NCBI GenBank assembly: GCA_951406725.2
Contig: OX597816.1
Coordinates: forward strand, 103,106,001-103,170,000
From: Octopus vulgaris
Lineage: Eukaryota
DNA length: 64,000 bases
Direction: 5' to 3'
Position numbers and translations under genes: made by a program. Position 1 is the stretch's first letter; every line of letters starts with the position of its first letter. This document shows, one piece after another, positions 26,901 to 41,139 of this stretch. Below the pieces are notes generated by a model. It had not been told where the DNA came from and made no database searches. It saw nothing but the letters and a program-made list of their open reading frames with translations.

Positions 26901-26994
26901 AGAGTGCACAATGTTCTTAAAGGTCAGCAGTGGTGTTTCTTGGTCACGAGTGGATGGCCATCATGTGTGTATATACATATATATATGTATGTAT

Positions 26995-27760
26995 GTCATC
27001 ATCATCATCGTTTAATGTCTGTTTTCCATGCTGGCATGGTTTGACTGGGGTCTGGAAAACCAGGAGGCTGCACCAAGCTCCAGTCTGATCTGGCAGTGTT
27101 ACTACAGCTGGATACCCTTCCTAACACTGACCACTCCGAGGGTGTAATGGGTGTGTTTTATGTGCCACTGGCACAGGGGCCAGGAGAGCTAGCATTGACC
27201 ACAATCGGATGGTGCTTTTTATGTGCCACCAGCAACATTGGCCATGTTCAGATGGTGCTTTTTACATGCCACCGACACAGGGGTCAGAGCTACAATTTCA
27301 ATTTGATTGTAATTTGATTTGATTTTGATACTGATGTTAATGTTGATGTACTTGACTCATTAGGTCTCATCACGCACAGTATGTCGCCCTATGATCCAAG
27401 GTATTTTTGAGTGGGTTGATTATGCAACACTGGCATAGGTTACAGCTGTGAACTCACTTTATTTGCCGTGTCTTCTCAGTCACAACATACTTCCAGAGGT
27501 CTCAGTCTTTTGTCATTGCCTCTGTGAGGCCCATCATTCAAAGGTCATGCTTCACCATCTCATCCCATGTCTTCCTGGGTCTCCCTCTACCCCGGGTTCC
27601 TTCCACTGTTTGGGAGTGGCACTTCACACAGCTTTCCTTGTCCATCTGCAGTACATAGCCATACCAACACAAACATCTCTCTTGCACACCACATCTAATG
27701 CTTCTTATGTCTAACATTTCTCTCAGGGCACTTACACTCAGTCGTGTGTGTACACTGACA
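26995..27760 (-). mobile_element. RTE LINE 3' fragment
   Basis: Reverse-complement similarity to 45310-46219, including the (GAT)n tail at ~26995-27010. Confidence 0.75.
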
Positions 27761-27761
27761 A

Positions 27762-27792
<31 letters not shown>

Positions 27793-27869
27793 TCATCATC
27801 GTCGTTTAATGTTCATTTTCCATGCTAGCATGATATGTATATATATCTGCATATACATCTATGTACAGT

Positions 27870-28620
27870 GTGGACAGTATTCATTGCCATGATGACTGTC
27901 AGGAAAAAGGAACATTTTCTGAGATATATTTGTCAAATTTGGATCAGTTTATCTTCATGAGATTTTCTGTAGATCTCACTCAATGAACCCACCTTTGGCA
28001 TCGATGAAAGCCTCCATGTGACCACTGAACTGGTCACTAGCCTTTGTCACTATCTCCTGTTTTATGCCCCCGAAGGCCCTGGTAATCCTGGCCCTCAGTT
28101 CATCTTTCATTTTGCAGACGGATTTGTTGGTCTCTCATTCCACGACACCCTACACAAAAAAGTTAAGTGGGTTGCAGTCAGGCGAGTTGGGAGGCTAAAT
28201 GTCAGGTGCTGTATGTTTGAAAAAATTCTTCAACAGCCAGGGTTTTTTGGCTGCTGTGGCAAATTGTAGATTCTTACTGCCACATGTACAGCTGCCGGTC
28301 CGATACAGAGCTTCACAACTTTGCTCAGAATGTGGATATAGCCATTAGTGTTCAGCCAGAGGCTCTTAGGGAAGAAGTTGGGTGGCATAATGTTACCTTC
28401 ACTGCTGACAACACTGAAGATAATGATTGTCGCTGGAAATTTCATCTGCATGACGCTGGGCATGTCCTGGGATGAGACAGTAAGCCACCTGTTGTTCTGG
28501 AAGTTGATATTCTGGTTTTGGTAGAAACTCTTCTCATTGGAGAAGAACCACACCATACTTGGTTCCAGCAGGTGTTTTGACTTGTTGAACAGCTTTTTGA
28601 TGTGCTCAGAAATGATCAGA
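27870..28620 (-). mobile_element. Tc1/mariner-superfamily (maT/DD37D-like) transposase relic
   Basis: ORF 28230-28556 (-) reads VWFFSNEKSF.Q....QNNRWL...KFPATIIIFSVVSSEGNIMPP.FF. PPNSPDCNPL at ~28163-28195 (-). Confidence 0.75.
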
Positions 28621-28949
28621 GAAACTCAAGAGAGAAGGGCTGCAAAGAAAAACAAGAATCCTACCGGGTCCGGATTGTGCCCCCTATAACCATGGATTTT
28701 ATGCCCTTAGTAGCCTAATAAACTACTAAATGACCCAAAAAGAGCTAAGCTGCTAATATGGTCATCTTCAGAGACATGAAGGATGCATGTCGTATGTATA
28801 TTGTTAGGGTTTTTTTAACTCAATATAACAGACACATCACAAATCCTTTCAGGGAGATGATCCTACTCAATACATAGAAAAAGTGTAGGTAGAAACTCCA
28901 TAAGGCTTACCTGGTGCAATCTATGGACACATAAAGGTGAAGCAGTATC

Positions 28950-29745
28950 AGAAGAAGGTTATTAGGGAAAGTAGTCTTTGTGTGTGGCAGATGTATATGT
29001 ACAATAAACACCAGAAACGTAAGAAGTAACAGATAGCTTCCATTACCTAGGTGACCAAGTCAGCAGTGGAGGTGGATGTTCTGAGAGGGTAGTTGCTAGA
29101 ATAAGAATAGGATAGGCAAAGTTCAGAGAGCTTTTACTTCTGTTGGTAACAAAGGGCTTCTCTCTTAGAGTGAAAGGCAGATTGTATGATGCCTGTGTGT
29201 AAACAACTATGCTACATGGCCATGGAACATTGCCTGTGAGTGCAGGGGACATGCGAAAGTTTGAAAGAATGAAGCTAGTGTGCTTCACTGGATGTGCAAT
29301 ATGACAGAGTGTCTTGAGAGAAAAATTAGATATAAGCAGCATCAGATATAGTGTGAAAGAGAGAAGACCTTGCTGGGATGGTCATGTGATGCATATAGGC
29401 AAGTACAGATATGTAAAGAAGTGCCAAAGCCAAGAAGACATGGGATGAGGTGGTGAAGTATGATCTTTGGATGTTGATTCTCATCCAGTGACAAGTGACT
29501 GAGACCTTTGGTGCTTTGCTGTGCTTTAGAAGACATGTCAAGCCAAGTGAGATTGTAGTTGTGGCCAGTGCTGGTTGCACATAAAAGGTACCTACTACAC
29601 TCTGTGGAGTGGTTGGCATTAGGAAGGGCATTGAGCCATAGAAACTAATCTGACACAAACTGGAGCCTGGTGCAGCTCTCTGGCTTATCAGTTCCAGTCA
29701 AACTGTCTAACCCATGCCAGCTTGGAGAACAGATGCTAAATGACA
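28950..29745 (+). mobile_element. RTE LINE 3' fragment (degraded)
   Basis: DSFHYLGDQVSSGGGCSE..VARIRIG.AKFRELL and the 3' tail are homologous to 45040-46219. Confidence 0.8.
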
Positions 29746-29859
29746 ATGAAGCAGGTAGTTCAGTTGATTGTATCATATAATCCTCATAATAGAATGATGA
29801 TGGAGATCCATCACCACCATATACATTCATACATATATATATATATATATGTGTGTGTT

Positions 29860-29903
<44 letters not shown>

Positions 29904-32900
29904 TATACACATACACACACTTACATTATGTTATGCTAAAAAGCAGTGCACACGATACCAGAATTTTTGACTCGGTCAAATATACAGACTACTTGCAATT
30001 GTTGTTAGAGTATCCGTATTGCAGTCTGTACTGGCATTGAGTCATATGAATTGTAATCATGGAGTGAAACCAAATAGTGATATTCAAAATATTATTTGGT
30101 TTGACTTCATTATTACAACTGTGTGTATATATATATATATCATCAGTAGTTCATGTATCCAATTAAGGCTTTTTTGCCAGTACATGGTGATCACTTATAA
30201 GTTTATAATTATTATCATTTACAGAATATATAATATGTGTGTGTGTGTGTGTAACAATTGAAGAGGTAGAACTCTTAAATTTCTTGCAGGAGGTCACAGT
30301 GTTAGAGAAGATGAATAAATTATCATTATAAACACATCAGTGAGTAGACATTTGATATAAATATAAGGTGTAAATTAGGAATAATAGCTGGTGAATATAT
30401 AAATAAACAGGGTTGAAATTATTCATTTTCTAGAGGTAATTGAATAGGTAGTTGTATTTTAGGGTAATGATTATAAATTGAAAATAATTCAAAATTTTTT
30501 ACAATATTTAAAAAAATATTGTAAGGGGAATTTTGCAAGGGAAAATATATGCAGTAGTTTAAAATTTATGTGTAAATATGTAGATAAAAAAAAAAAAACA
30601 GGATCCAAGGGAATTGGTGGTGGATTGCATTTGTAAGAATTGTATTTATTGGTGTAAAGTTAGTATGGTGTTGTGAGAAGAGGTTTCATACATTTCAGGC
30701 AAAGTACTTTTTTCAAGATGGAGTAAAGTCTGGTATGTTCTTTCTGACTTTGGCTTGTCTCTCATTCAGAACTGAAAAACACATGTACCATATGTTTCTC
30801 TTCTCTTTAGAAGAACTTTCTGTCTGAAATACTAGAAATTTTCCTTCCCAGTGATATACTAACATAAGTAATTTTATTTTATAACAATGTATAAACTTAT
30901 ATATATAAAACATAACAACATATATGGTATATTATATATATATAATATAACATTAGATGTATATATAACATGATATATATGTGTGTGTGTATATATATAA
31001 CATATCATATATGGTATATTATATAATTATATATATATATATATATATAAAAATTATATAATATACCATATATACATACATACATAAATACATACATACA
31101 TGTATATATAATGGATAAGGTTATTGAATTACTCAATTTTTTAAAAATCTTTACTCAATCTGTGTTGAGATGTAATGTATATAAATATATATATAAGCAT
31201 TAAAAAACATTACATCAGTATACTGAAAATGAAAAAAAATAAACATTTCCAAATATTTGTATATGCTTGTTTATAGTGAATGTCCACTGAACTACCTTCA
31301 AAGTTTGAATATTGTTGCCATGAACTTTGCAGCAGTCACTTAAACTTCTTGACAAAAGTTTACAACAAATTTAAGAAAATAATAATCTTGCATTAATAAG
31401 AACAATATTAACATTGTTGGTTTAAAATTAATGTTGGACAGAATTAGTAATAAAATAATGTTAAACTGAAAGGCTTTTCATTTTATTTGACTTTGTTTGA
31501 AATATCTTCTGTTTAAGCTTAATGTTTCAATACATTAGTTCTTGAACAGTTCTTGTTATAATTAGGACTATATTATGTAAATGGGTCCTTCTTAATAATT
31601 TGAAGATTTTGGTTCTGTTCTTTGCAGGTTAAGTGATCCCATAGAGCTTCCTTGCTCTGTGAAAAGTATTTAGACTGGATGGTCACAAGAGCTTTTGTAA
31701 GCTGATAGATATTCATTTCCACATTTCCATCAGAATCTGTTGAAGAACTGCAGGTGTTAGGTACTCTGAGTAAATGCACTACAAAAAAAAAAAGTAAATA
31801 AATAAAACGGACCTTGAACATGATCCAAACCAAACTAAAGTATACAGTAGCATCATGGATTAAAGGCTTTGTTACTCTCAAAGAAAAAAAGGATGCTGCT
31901 ATGAAGTTGGTGAAAACAATGGAATCTCTGACAGGTTGACAAGAAACAATGGTTGGTGTATCAGCTGCACTGGTGTAGATTAAAGTGTGAGCTATCAACT
32001 GAAATGATGGAAATGTTTGGATGCCTTTCAAAACTAAGACTTGTTTTGTATCAAACTTCTGTTAATGTGAATATGTGATCAAAAGTATTCGTGCTATAAT
32101 CATCTTGTTTTGTTTTCAAAGTGTATAATGGAATATATCATCCAATGTATCATTTCTTTAACATGTCAAAGTATAATTAACATCATTTTTCAGCATACAT
32201 GTTGAATTTTTCAGACCAAAATTTACACCAAAAGAGTATAGCAAGACAATTTTGGAGAGCTAAAAATTCCATGTGAAATACAGCAGGATTTGGAAAGATT
32301 GATATGATATTTGAATGTTTATTCTATATGTTTTACACTATATACTACATTGTGTTGTATGCTGGAAAATATAGTTCTTGGCTGCTATTTCTAACAGATC
32401 AAGAGTCAGCAAAGAGACTTTCTTCACCATTGGTTTGTCATAGATCTGTTAACTGGGTGAAATTGTAGAACTTGTGGGATTGGCACTAGGCAAAGTGTCA
32501 TGAAGTTATACAAGGCTGCATTTTGAAAAAGAAAATTTTTTCTTTTTTCATGAAAGGCATCCATTTTTACATAATTTTCGGTATTTATTTCAAATCTATT
32601 CTTAGAACTTACACATCATGTCAATTGTTTACAGTAACATATTTTTAAATTTTAGCAATAAAGTGCATATGACATTTATACATTAGTCAAAGAAAAGTTG
32701 CAATAATATGGTATTCCTGTTTTATAGGAAGAGCTGACACTTTTCACTTATATTTACTACATCAAGTTTATAGTTACGAAAATCAGATACATTTTGTGAA
32801 AAAATAATTGGTTTCAAAATTTTGGCACTAGGCCAGCAATTTTATGAGAGGGGGTAAGTCATTTTATTGACCCCTAAAGGATGAAAGGCAAAGCTGACCT

Positions 32901-33323
32901 TAGCAGAAATTGATCTTAGAACACCAAAATGGACAAAGTGCCACAAAGCATTTTGTCTGGTGTGCTACTGATTCTGCCAGCTCACTGCCTTCATTTTGTA
33001 AAAAAACATTATTAAAAGAGTGGAATATTTTGTTATGAACATGTAATCATTCTTACATTAACCATCTAAAATTAGTAAAATGCATCACATTCCTCTTAAG
33101 TAACATATGTAAAAATAAATAGCATGACATTTAGAAGAGGAATTGCATTATCCAGCCTACAAAGTCTGTCTTGAACCTTTAAAGATGCTGAGTATGTGTG
33201 AAAACAAGAATGGTTTAGACTGCACACTGTTTAAGAGAACAGCTTTCTCTTCTTTGACAGTTAAGCATGATCAGCACATATGCTCTGTACTGAGCATTTC
33301 CATTACTCAACAAAACAGTTTAA

Positions 33324-33540
33324 CCCTTTAGCTTTCATATTACTCTGTCAAATGTAATGCTTATTTCTTTCACTTTGTTTTGAATTAATCATGCATTATC
33401 TAGTAGCTGCAGAATTTTGATGATGTGATTGCTTATTTTTAAAATGATGTAGGGGAGGTATGAGGGGTTGGATTTGTCAAGTTTAACATAAAACAGCTTT
33501 TTTGGGGCCAAATATGACTGGTATATATGCTAAATGCCTA
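33324..33540. mobile_element. piggyBac-type MITE, inverted relative of 36235-36454
   Basis: TTAA followed by CCCTTTAGC. The internal TTACTCTGTCAAATGTAATGCTTATTT is the reverse complement of the 36410-36440 sequence. Right end degraded. Confidence 0.55.
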
Positions 33541-33544
33541 AACT

Positions 33545-34600
33545 ATCCTTTGAACTGTCAAAGAAGTCACTGTTTGTCTGACTCATACTGACATGTTATT
33601 TTTCACACTGAAGAACAGCAACAGATCATTTTTCTTTCGCTGAACAAAAATTAAATGTTGTTCTTAGGACCAGCTCCAAAGTTTCTGCCAAGATCACTGA
33701 AAGATTTAAATTGAACATTGTCTTTTAATTCAAACTGATTAGAGGATTTAGGTACCCTGGTATTAGCAGATTGCATATAAGTTTCATCCTCAGTACTTCC
33801 CTCAACCATGCAGCACTTAAGTTCATTAATAACAACCAAGTTACTAAGTACAAGAACAAGAATTTTGAGGCACATAAAAAGCATCATTCAAGCGTGATCA
33901 TTACCAGCGTTGCCTTACTGACACTTGTGCCAGTGACATGTGAAAAAACATTTGAGCAAGGTTGTTGCCAGTGCTGCTGGACTGGCTTCTGTGCAGGTGA
34001 CGTAAAAAAAACACCAATTGAGCATGGCCATTGCCAATACTGCCTGATTGGCCCTCATGCCAGTGGCACATAAAAGCACCCACTACACTCTTGGAGTGGT
34101 TGGTGCTAGGAAGGGCATCCAGCTATAGAAACTCTGCCAGATCAAAATTGGAGCCTGGTGCAGCCATCTGGTTCGCCAGTCGTCAGTCAAATCGTCCAAC
34201 CCATGCTAGCATGGAAAGTGGACGTTAAACGATGATGATGATACAATGTAATCCCAATCTTATGGACGAAAGCAGGTTTATGTAATCTTTTAGATTTGGT
34301 CTTGAAGTTATGTTCAGAAATCACCATACAGAAACAACAATTTTCCAGATAATGTGTCTGCTCTTTGCAGACCATTGATACACCAAGATTCATTCACTAT
34401 ATTAGTGTTTGATCAGGTGATTTAAATTTACAAAACATGATCTGGAGATAGAGTGAGGAGTCCATGGCTTGTTTTGATTCCCCATTTTTTACTCCTAAAT
34501 GTGTGCTTTTAACAAAATGTGTAACAAGTTGCCACTGCTTTGCTGTTGCAAAAGCTTCACAGCTTTTACAGGCCTTAATTGCTTTTCCTATACTCACTAG
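33545..34600 (-). mobile_element. Degraded DNA-transposon transposase, probably CMC/Chapaev-3-like
   Basis: Minus-strand remnants THFVKS..LGVK.G, LGVSMVCKEQTHYLENCCFCMV, SDLGRNFG and RKKNDLLLFFSVKNN recall the MVWREQ..H..DCYFC / NDLVRDL family. Interrupted by an RTE tail at ~33870-34242. Confidence 0.45.
33870..34242 (+). mobile_element. RTE 3' tail fragment ending in (GAT)n
   Basis: GGAGTGGTTGG..TAGGAAGGGCATCCAGC...CCAACCCATGCTAGCATGGAAAG.GGACGTTAAACGATGATGATG, as at 46060-46219. Confidence 0.8.
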
Positions 34601-35265
34601 TAGTAAGTAGCCATATCAAATTACATCTTTAACTCAGTAATTACTGACAACTTTAAAAAATACAACATAAAATGTATGCTGGAGTCCCTGAAGCTTCAAC
34701 CAACTAATGCTAAAAATATACAAGGAAGCATATATCAGTATTGTAATACAACTATCCTGTGGAAACATACATTTCAAACTGTTCTCATACTTCCATAACA
34801 TTTCAAAGTTTACAGCCTTATTCTTTATGAGATGGAATTTATCTGTTTAAGAACCTTTTTCTATCTTAACCCTCTGAGGCCTGGGCTCCTGTCTCTAACT
34901 TTACCCTCCACTTGGGCTCCTGAACAAGAAAAAAGAAAAAAGTTGCATACACAGCTCAATAGTAACAATTGCTGGCAAATAATAGACAGAATTGACTGCA
35001 TCTTTTTTTTTTTTTTTTACATATGATGTCCATTACTGCTTTATTGGGAGTATAGCAGAAATAATGTTTAACCCCTTCCTGTTGTAGCGGAAATACAGAG
35101 CGACAGGGTTAAGAATGTATGTCAGTAACTGTCTCTTTTTAGGGAGTTAATGTGGAAAAGGTTTCCTTATATTATGACTGTACCATATGCTTTATAGTGG
35201 GGGTAGTTATCTGCCTTTATCATTAGCCTTACTGAAGGGCAATGGATACCAGTTAGTAGAATCAA

Positions 35266-35685
35266 AAGGCGGCGAGCTGGCAGAAACATTAGCATGCCGG
35301 GCGAAATGCTTAGCGGTATTTCGTCTGCCATTACATTCTGAGTTCAAATTCTTCTGAGGTCGACTTTGCCTTTCATCCTTTCGGAGTCGATAAATTAAGT
35401 ACCAGTTACGCACTAGGGTCGATATAATCGACTTAATCCATTTGTCTGTCTTTGTTTGTCCTCTCTGTGTTTAGCCCCATGCGGGTAGTAAAGAAATAGG
35501 TATTTCGTCTGCTATTACTTTCTGAGTTCAAATTCTTCCAAGGTCGACTTTGCCTTTCATCCTTTCAGGGTCGATAAGTTAAGTACCAGTGTTTCACTGG
35601 GGTCAATGTAATCGACTTAATCCCTTTGTCTGTCCTTGTTTGTCCCTTCTGTGTGTGGCCCCTTGTGGGCAGTAAAGAAATAAGA
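35266..35685 (+). mobile_element. Well-preserved dimeric family A SINE
   Basis: AAGGCGGCGAGCTGGCAGAAACATTAGC head, two TTCTGAGTTCAAATTC...GGTCGACTTTGCCTTTCATCC units, AGTAAAGAAATA ends. Confidence 0.8.
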
Positions 35686-36164
35686 AGTTAGCAGAATCAT
35701 TAGAGCATTGGACAAAATAACTTATAGAAATTAATCCAGCTCCTTACATTCTAGGTTCCAATCCAACTGAGGTCAACTTTGCCTTTCATCGTTTCAGGTC
35801 TGATAAAATAAAGTACCAGTACTAGTAGAAAATACAGGGAATGATATAATTGAATTACCCTCTTCTCAAAATATCTGGCTTTGTGCTAAAATTAGAAAGC
35901 AAGAATTATTAGGCATACTGAAGGCTAATTGATGGCAGAATCATTAGAGAATTGGACTAAACACATAGCAGAATTTGTCCAAGTTCAATACATACTAAGT
36001 TCAAATCCTGCTATGGTTGATAAAAAGTATTGGGGTCGATGTAATCATTTTTTCCCTCCTCCATTCTCTTATTCTGTCATTATCTCTAGGAGTTACAAGA
36101 GTTTATCTCAGTTTTCAGAAAAAACTTTTGTAGATATGTTTTGTGTTGCTTGCTTCAATCTTTG

Positions 36165-36775
36165 GATTATGGCCATGCTGGAGCACCACCTTGAAGAGTT
36201 TTGTTGAACAAATCGACTCCAGTACTTCTTTTAACCCTTTAGTGTTTAAACCGTCCATATCTGGCTCAAATATTTTACCTGTTTTATGTTCAAACCAGCC
36301 AGATTCAGCCTTTCACACATACCCTGTGATGTCATTCTAAAAACAAACAATCACATCTTTGAAATCTCAAAGCTACAAAATAATCCAGGATTAATTTTCA
36401 AAAATGCAAATAAATAAGCATTACATTTGACAAAGTAATCTGAATGCTAAAGGGTTAAGTTTGATGCTTATTCTCTCAATCTCTTTTTGCTAAACGGCTA
36501 AGTTAGGGGATGTAAACAAATCAACAATGGTTGTCGAGTGGGGTTCCGGAACAAACACAAGCGCACCCTCCCCACACACACACAGTTACATACATGTATG
36601 TATGTATGTATACAGCAGGATCCTTTCAGTTTCCATCTACCAAATCCATTCACAAGGTTTTGGTCAGCCTGGGACTATGGTAGAAGACACTTGTTGATAG
36701 TGCCATGCAGTGGGACTGAACCCAAGACCACATGGTTTAGAAGTAAGCTTTTACCACACAGATATGCCAGTGCCT
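36165..36775 (-). mobile_element. Family B SINE with nested MITE
   Basis: Homologous to 46712-47087 and split by the TTAA-flanked MITE. Confidence 0.7.
36235..36454. mobile_element. piggyBac-type MITE
   Basis: TTAA at 36231-36234 and 36455-36458. TIRs CCCTTTAG / CTAAAGGG. Confidence 0.75.
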
Positions 36776-38636
36776 ATGTTGAATTTAAATTATTAGAATG
36801 ATTTCAAATCAGAAATTAAAACCATCAGATACAAAAAAAATTCTTACTTTTTCCAAAATTGTCAAAAGTAAGAATTTTTTGTATCTCTGGTTTATGATGT
36901 TTAGTAGATAAAGTTGACTTGTGAGATAAAAACTGAGGTCAAATTTGGAATCAGTGTGCCAAGATTAGACTGAAGTTGCCTTCACCTTCAAAATAGCAAA
37001 CTTGTAGACCAGTGTTATTTATGTTGATAACAAGGGCACTCTTTATCTCTTTCTGCAGGCAAGACAGATTACATGAAGTAGGAAGTATAGACTGTGACAC
37101 TATGACAGTAAAATATAGACATGTCTGCAGAAAAGACGCAGAATGGAAAAGAGGAAAATAGAATAACGTCTGTAGGATTTGGATCATTAACTTAGGAGAA
37201 ATATAAAAGTACTACAAAGCATTTAGTGTCATCTTTCATTTCAACAGACCGACTTCTGTTATGAATGTACATGCATACACACACATGTGTGTGTGTGTGT
37301 GTGTGTAATTTTGTTGATGAATGCATGCCTTAGATATAAAAATGAATGCCAAGAACAACGGCAAAGGAAACAAATAAAGACGATTTAATATGAATACTTC
37401 ATTTTTATATGAGGCAATTTGGACATGGGTATCTGCATGATGTGTATGCCCTACTTCAATTGCATGATTTTGATTCTCAAAATTGTACTCCCTGGCTAAT
37501 ATATACCAGGAGTCTCTACTAACACACACACACACATACATCAATCTGTCTGCATGTCTGACTAATGATGCTCTTGTAGTTTTACCAATCTTTCACTCTG
37601 ACTGGCTCATTTCCATTTTTCAACCCCGAAAGGACAAAAGGCAAAGTATACCTCATTAAGTTTGAAATCAGTGCATAGAGAATCAGAGCAATTAGAATGT
37701 GCAGCATTCTATCTGACCATCAGGTGACTCTGCCAAATCAGGCAATCAGCAAATTGGGCTGCTCATTGGTTCCCCCATCAATTGCACAACCTGAATTTGG
37801 TATGCTCTGACCTTCACCTGGTTAGTTCACTATAGGACAGTTTTCAAGAACAACAATTTTGTGACATAGACAAGCTGAAAGCAGTTGTGCACAACAGTAC
37901 ACATCTGAAATGTTTTCAAGGAGAAGTTTAGAATTGGGTTCAATGATGAAAAAGGTATAATTTGTGATGGAGATTATGTTGAGTAGAACCTTTTCATAGA
38001 GGATGAGTCACTCTACCAAAGAATGCAATTTGAATTACCTTCAGTTAATAAAACAGTTATACCCAGTTTAGCATTGCTTTTGGTATCACCCTTATATATG
38101 TCATGATTTTTGAGATTATCTCACCTTTTCATATGAAGCTGGTCTTAATTGCCATTTGGTGATTGTGGCACTCTATAGGGGCAGAGATAATTGTAATAAA
38201 TCAAGATTTTATGTTACATGGTATTTAGTAGATCTGTAGTAATCTCTGTTGTTCATATACATACCACTAGTTACTCTCAGTTATTTCTTTTAGCTCATTT
38301 TTGTTAAATTTATGCAAATTACCTAAACCATAAATGTATTCTACTTTTCCAAATGTATCTAAATATTTTGGTGACTAGACTCAGGGTAGAAGAATTGTTG
38401 TGCTAATGACACTTATTGAAGCAGAAACATGTGTCCATGACTGTCCTCTTCTTCTCCGGACAATAAGCTGGCCCTTTATCTTTATGGCATATCATCTGTG
38501 GAGAATTTTTAAGTCTTTAGATTATCTCCCTTTCTCGTGTAGAAGGGGCTTCAATTGCCATTTGGTAATTGTAACAAATCCTCTAGAAGTGAGACATATT
38601 GTAAGTGATCAGAAATTTATGTCATATGATATTTAA

Positions 38637-39465
38637 CCCCTTAATGAATTATCCCAAGTTTACTCGTGCATCGCAAATGTATCTTTCTAAAACCAGACGA
38701 GTATACTTTGGTAAATTAACTTGTAATTTTAGCACTCAAATGAGTTTATTTGTTTTGTGTCGTTTCATTTTTGAGCAATCCCGAATTTACTCATGTTGTT
38801 TAAAAAAAATTTGTATTTTTTCATTTGATGGATTTGGCTATCTGGAATGCTTATGTTTTGTATAAAGCATCTTTGGAAACTTCAGCTTCTGCTATGAAAC
38901 CACTGAAATTTAGAATGCAAATAATCACCAAGATTATTGAAAAATATAGGCCCTTATTGCCTCCCACAAAACCAGGAAGACCATCATTGACCCTACATCC
39001 AACAAAGCTGGTCACTTTCCCATGGAAATACCACCAAGTGATAAGAAAAAGAACCATGCAAGACAGTGTGTAAAATGCACAGAGAAGAGAGATGCTAAAG
39101 GAAAGAAGATTCGAAGATACATGTGTGATGTCTGCAAAATAACTTTGTGTGTAACTCGTTGTTTTAAAAATTATCATTCTAAATAAACTATCTCATTTTT
39201 AAAAACTTTTCCTTTGATTTAAAAGCAATACATTTTATAAAAAATTGAAGATAGTTAAGCTATATGTATTTTTTCAATGTCCAAGTTAATTCATTTAAAT
39301 CCAAATGAGTAAAAATACATTTTAATTTCTATAATAAAAAATAAAGGAAACAAAATAAAAAAAAATTTTTTTTTGTAATTAACACAGTGTATATAATTAA
39401 AAAAGGAAATAAAAAATATGCTCTGAAATGAAACGCCATGTCAAAATAATTGATCCATTAAGGGG
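38637..39465 (+). mobile_element. Internally deleted piggyBac element
   Basis: TTAA target duplication (38633-36 and 39466-69) and TIRs CCCCTTAATG.AT / AT.CATTAAGGGG. Internal DLAIWNAYVLYK...LKFRMQII and a Cys-rich C-terminus RQCVKC...CDVC...LC...CFKNYH. Confidence 0.9.
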
Positions 39466-40826
39466 TTAATATACCTGTATTTGTCTATGGTATTCATATA
39501 TACTCCACTGGCCATTCTGAGTTAGTTCTCTTAGCTCATCTTTGTTAATACACACACACACACACACACACACATACATATACATTTAAGTCTGTCATCA
39601 GTCTTAATGATCATTAGGCTGGAGCTCATCCTGGTATCTATAGCTTTTAAACAGCTGAAATTATAATATTATCACTGACTGAAACAACAGCCTTTGCACT
39701 GTTAACACCACAGAAGATGCCAATGCTCTTTTTTTTTTATCTGAGTAAAGTGGAATAAATGAAATGAAGTGTTGTGCACAATAATATAATGTGCTACCTG
39801 GTGTGGGGATTGAAACCATGACCTTATGATTGTGAGTCCAACAATCCTAACTACTAATCTACATGCGTTCATTACAGACACAGTGCCAACACATATTGAC
39901 TAATACACACTACACTAATTAATCATTATTTCCAAATCTCAGCATGCCAAATATGCTGTCTTTAGGATAGCGTATTTGTGCTTGTATAACTTAAAATAGT
40001 ATATAATACTATTACAAAATAAAACAAAAATAAATATAACAATATATGTGTTTTAAATGGCTATCATAACTTTTCTACAGTGTAATTGACTCATTTTCAC
40101 CTCACAATGTCTTATGAGGTTACTTGCCAAAATACCAAACAATATAAAATCTGCCAGCTTTTGATATATTTATCTGTTCCAGATTTAAATCTTACTTCAT
40201 GTGTCTGATTTATTGCTGTATACTTCTAGTCTTCACAGAGAAAGATATTATCTTTTCTTCTTTTATTAATACTATCTGATTAGAGCTTGAAACAGAAATT
40301 TCTACTGCAGAAGCCTTGGGCAATGAGGTAAGATCATTGATATTTAAATTAAAGTGAGTTTTTGAAATTGACTCTTTCTGTTTATTCACTCACTATAGAT
40401 TTAGTGGTGTAGTACCAAATAATTCAAAACAGAAATTTCTACAGCAGTAGTCTTGGGCAATGAGGTAAGATCATTAATATGTGTATTACACACAGTTTTC
40501 GAAGTGGACATGTTGCAAGGTTCACAGACTACGGGCGGGCCTGTTCAGTGAAAAATCCTCTTGACTAAGTGGGGGAGTATTTGAAAGGGTAGAGAAGTGA
40601 TTTAATGCAAAGGGCAAGCTTATGTGTTGCTGGTATACGGGGATAGGGCCATTGCTGCTGATGTAATATTGAAGGACATAAATCCGAAAAGTTTAATATG
40701 AAATGAAAGAACCTGATTCGTTTTCATCTACTTCTAAAGATCCCCAAGAGGGTCCCTGACTGTAAACTATAATGTAGAGGAGGAAAGGATGCCAACTAAC
40801 AAGGATGTTGTAGCTGTATATATATA

Positions 40827-40862
<36 letters not shown>

Positions 40863-41139
40863 GAAGATTGAAAAGTAACACATGAGTTGATGTGTATAAG
40901 AAAAATAAGACAAAGTAAAAAATGCTAAAATAATTTTATCATGAAATACATTATGTTACGGTTAGTACCAGTTTCAGTCTTTTTGACTTTTTCAACTAAG
41001 AGTAAAACAAAGGTGGATAATAATTAAGAAGGAAAACAATTAAATTGGAAAATAGGGACATAAACACACCAACATCAATTGTGAAGCAATGGTGGGGGGA
41101 CAAACACAGACACACAAATACATCCATATATGACGGATC

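Noticed and set aside
31573-32031. 152-aa minus-strand ORF
   Set aside because: No recognisable motif, it runs through a poly-T tract, and it has no ATG start.
35266-35360. tRNA-like A and B boxes (also in family B heads)
   Set aside because: They are heads of dispersed SINEs. No complete cloverleaf was found, so no tRNA gene is called.
40955-41000. Minus-strand AGTC-loop-GACT-GAAAC...GTA hammerhead-like remnant
   Set aside because: The core reads TTGAAAA and stem I is unconvincing.
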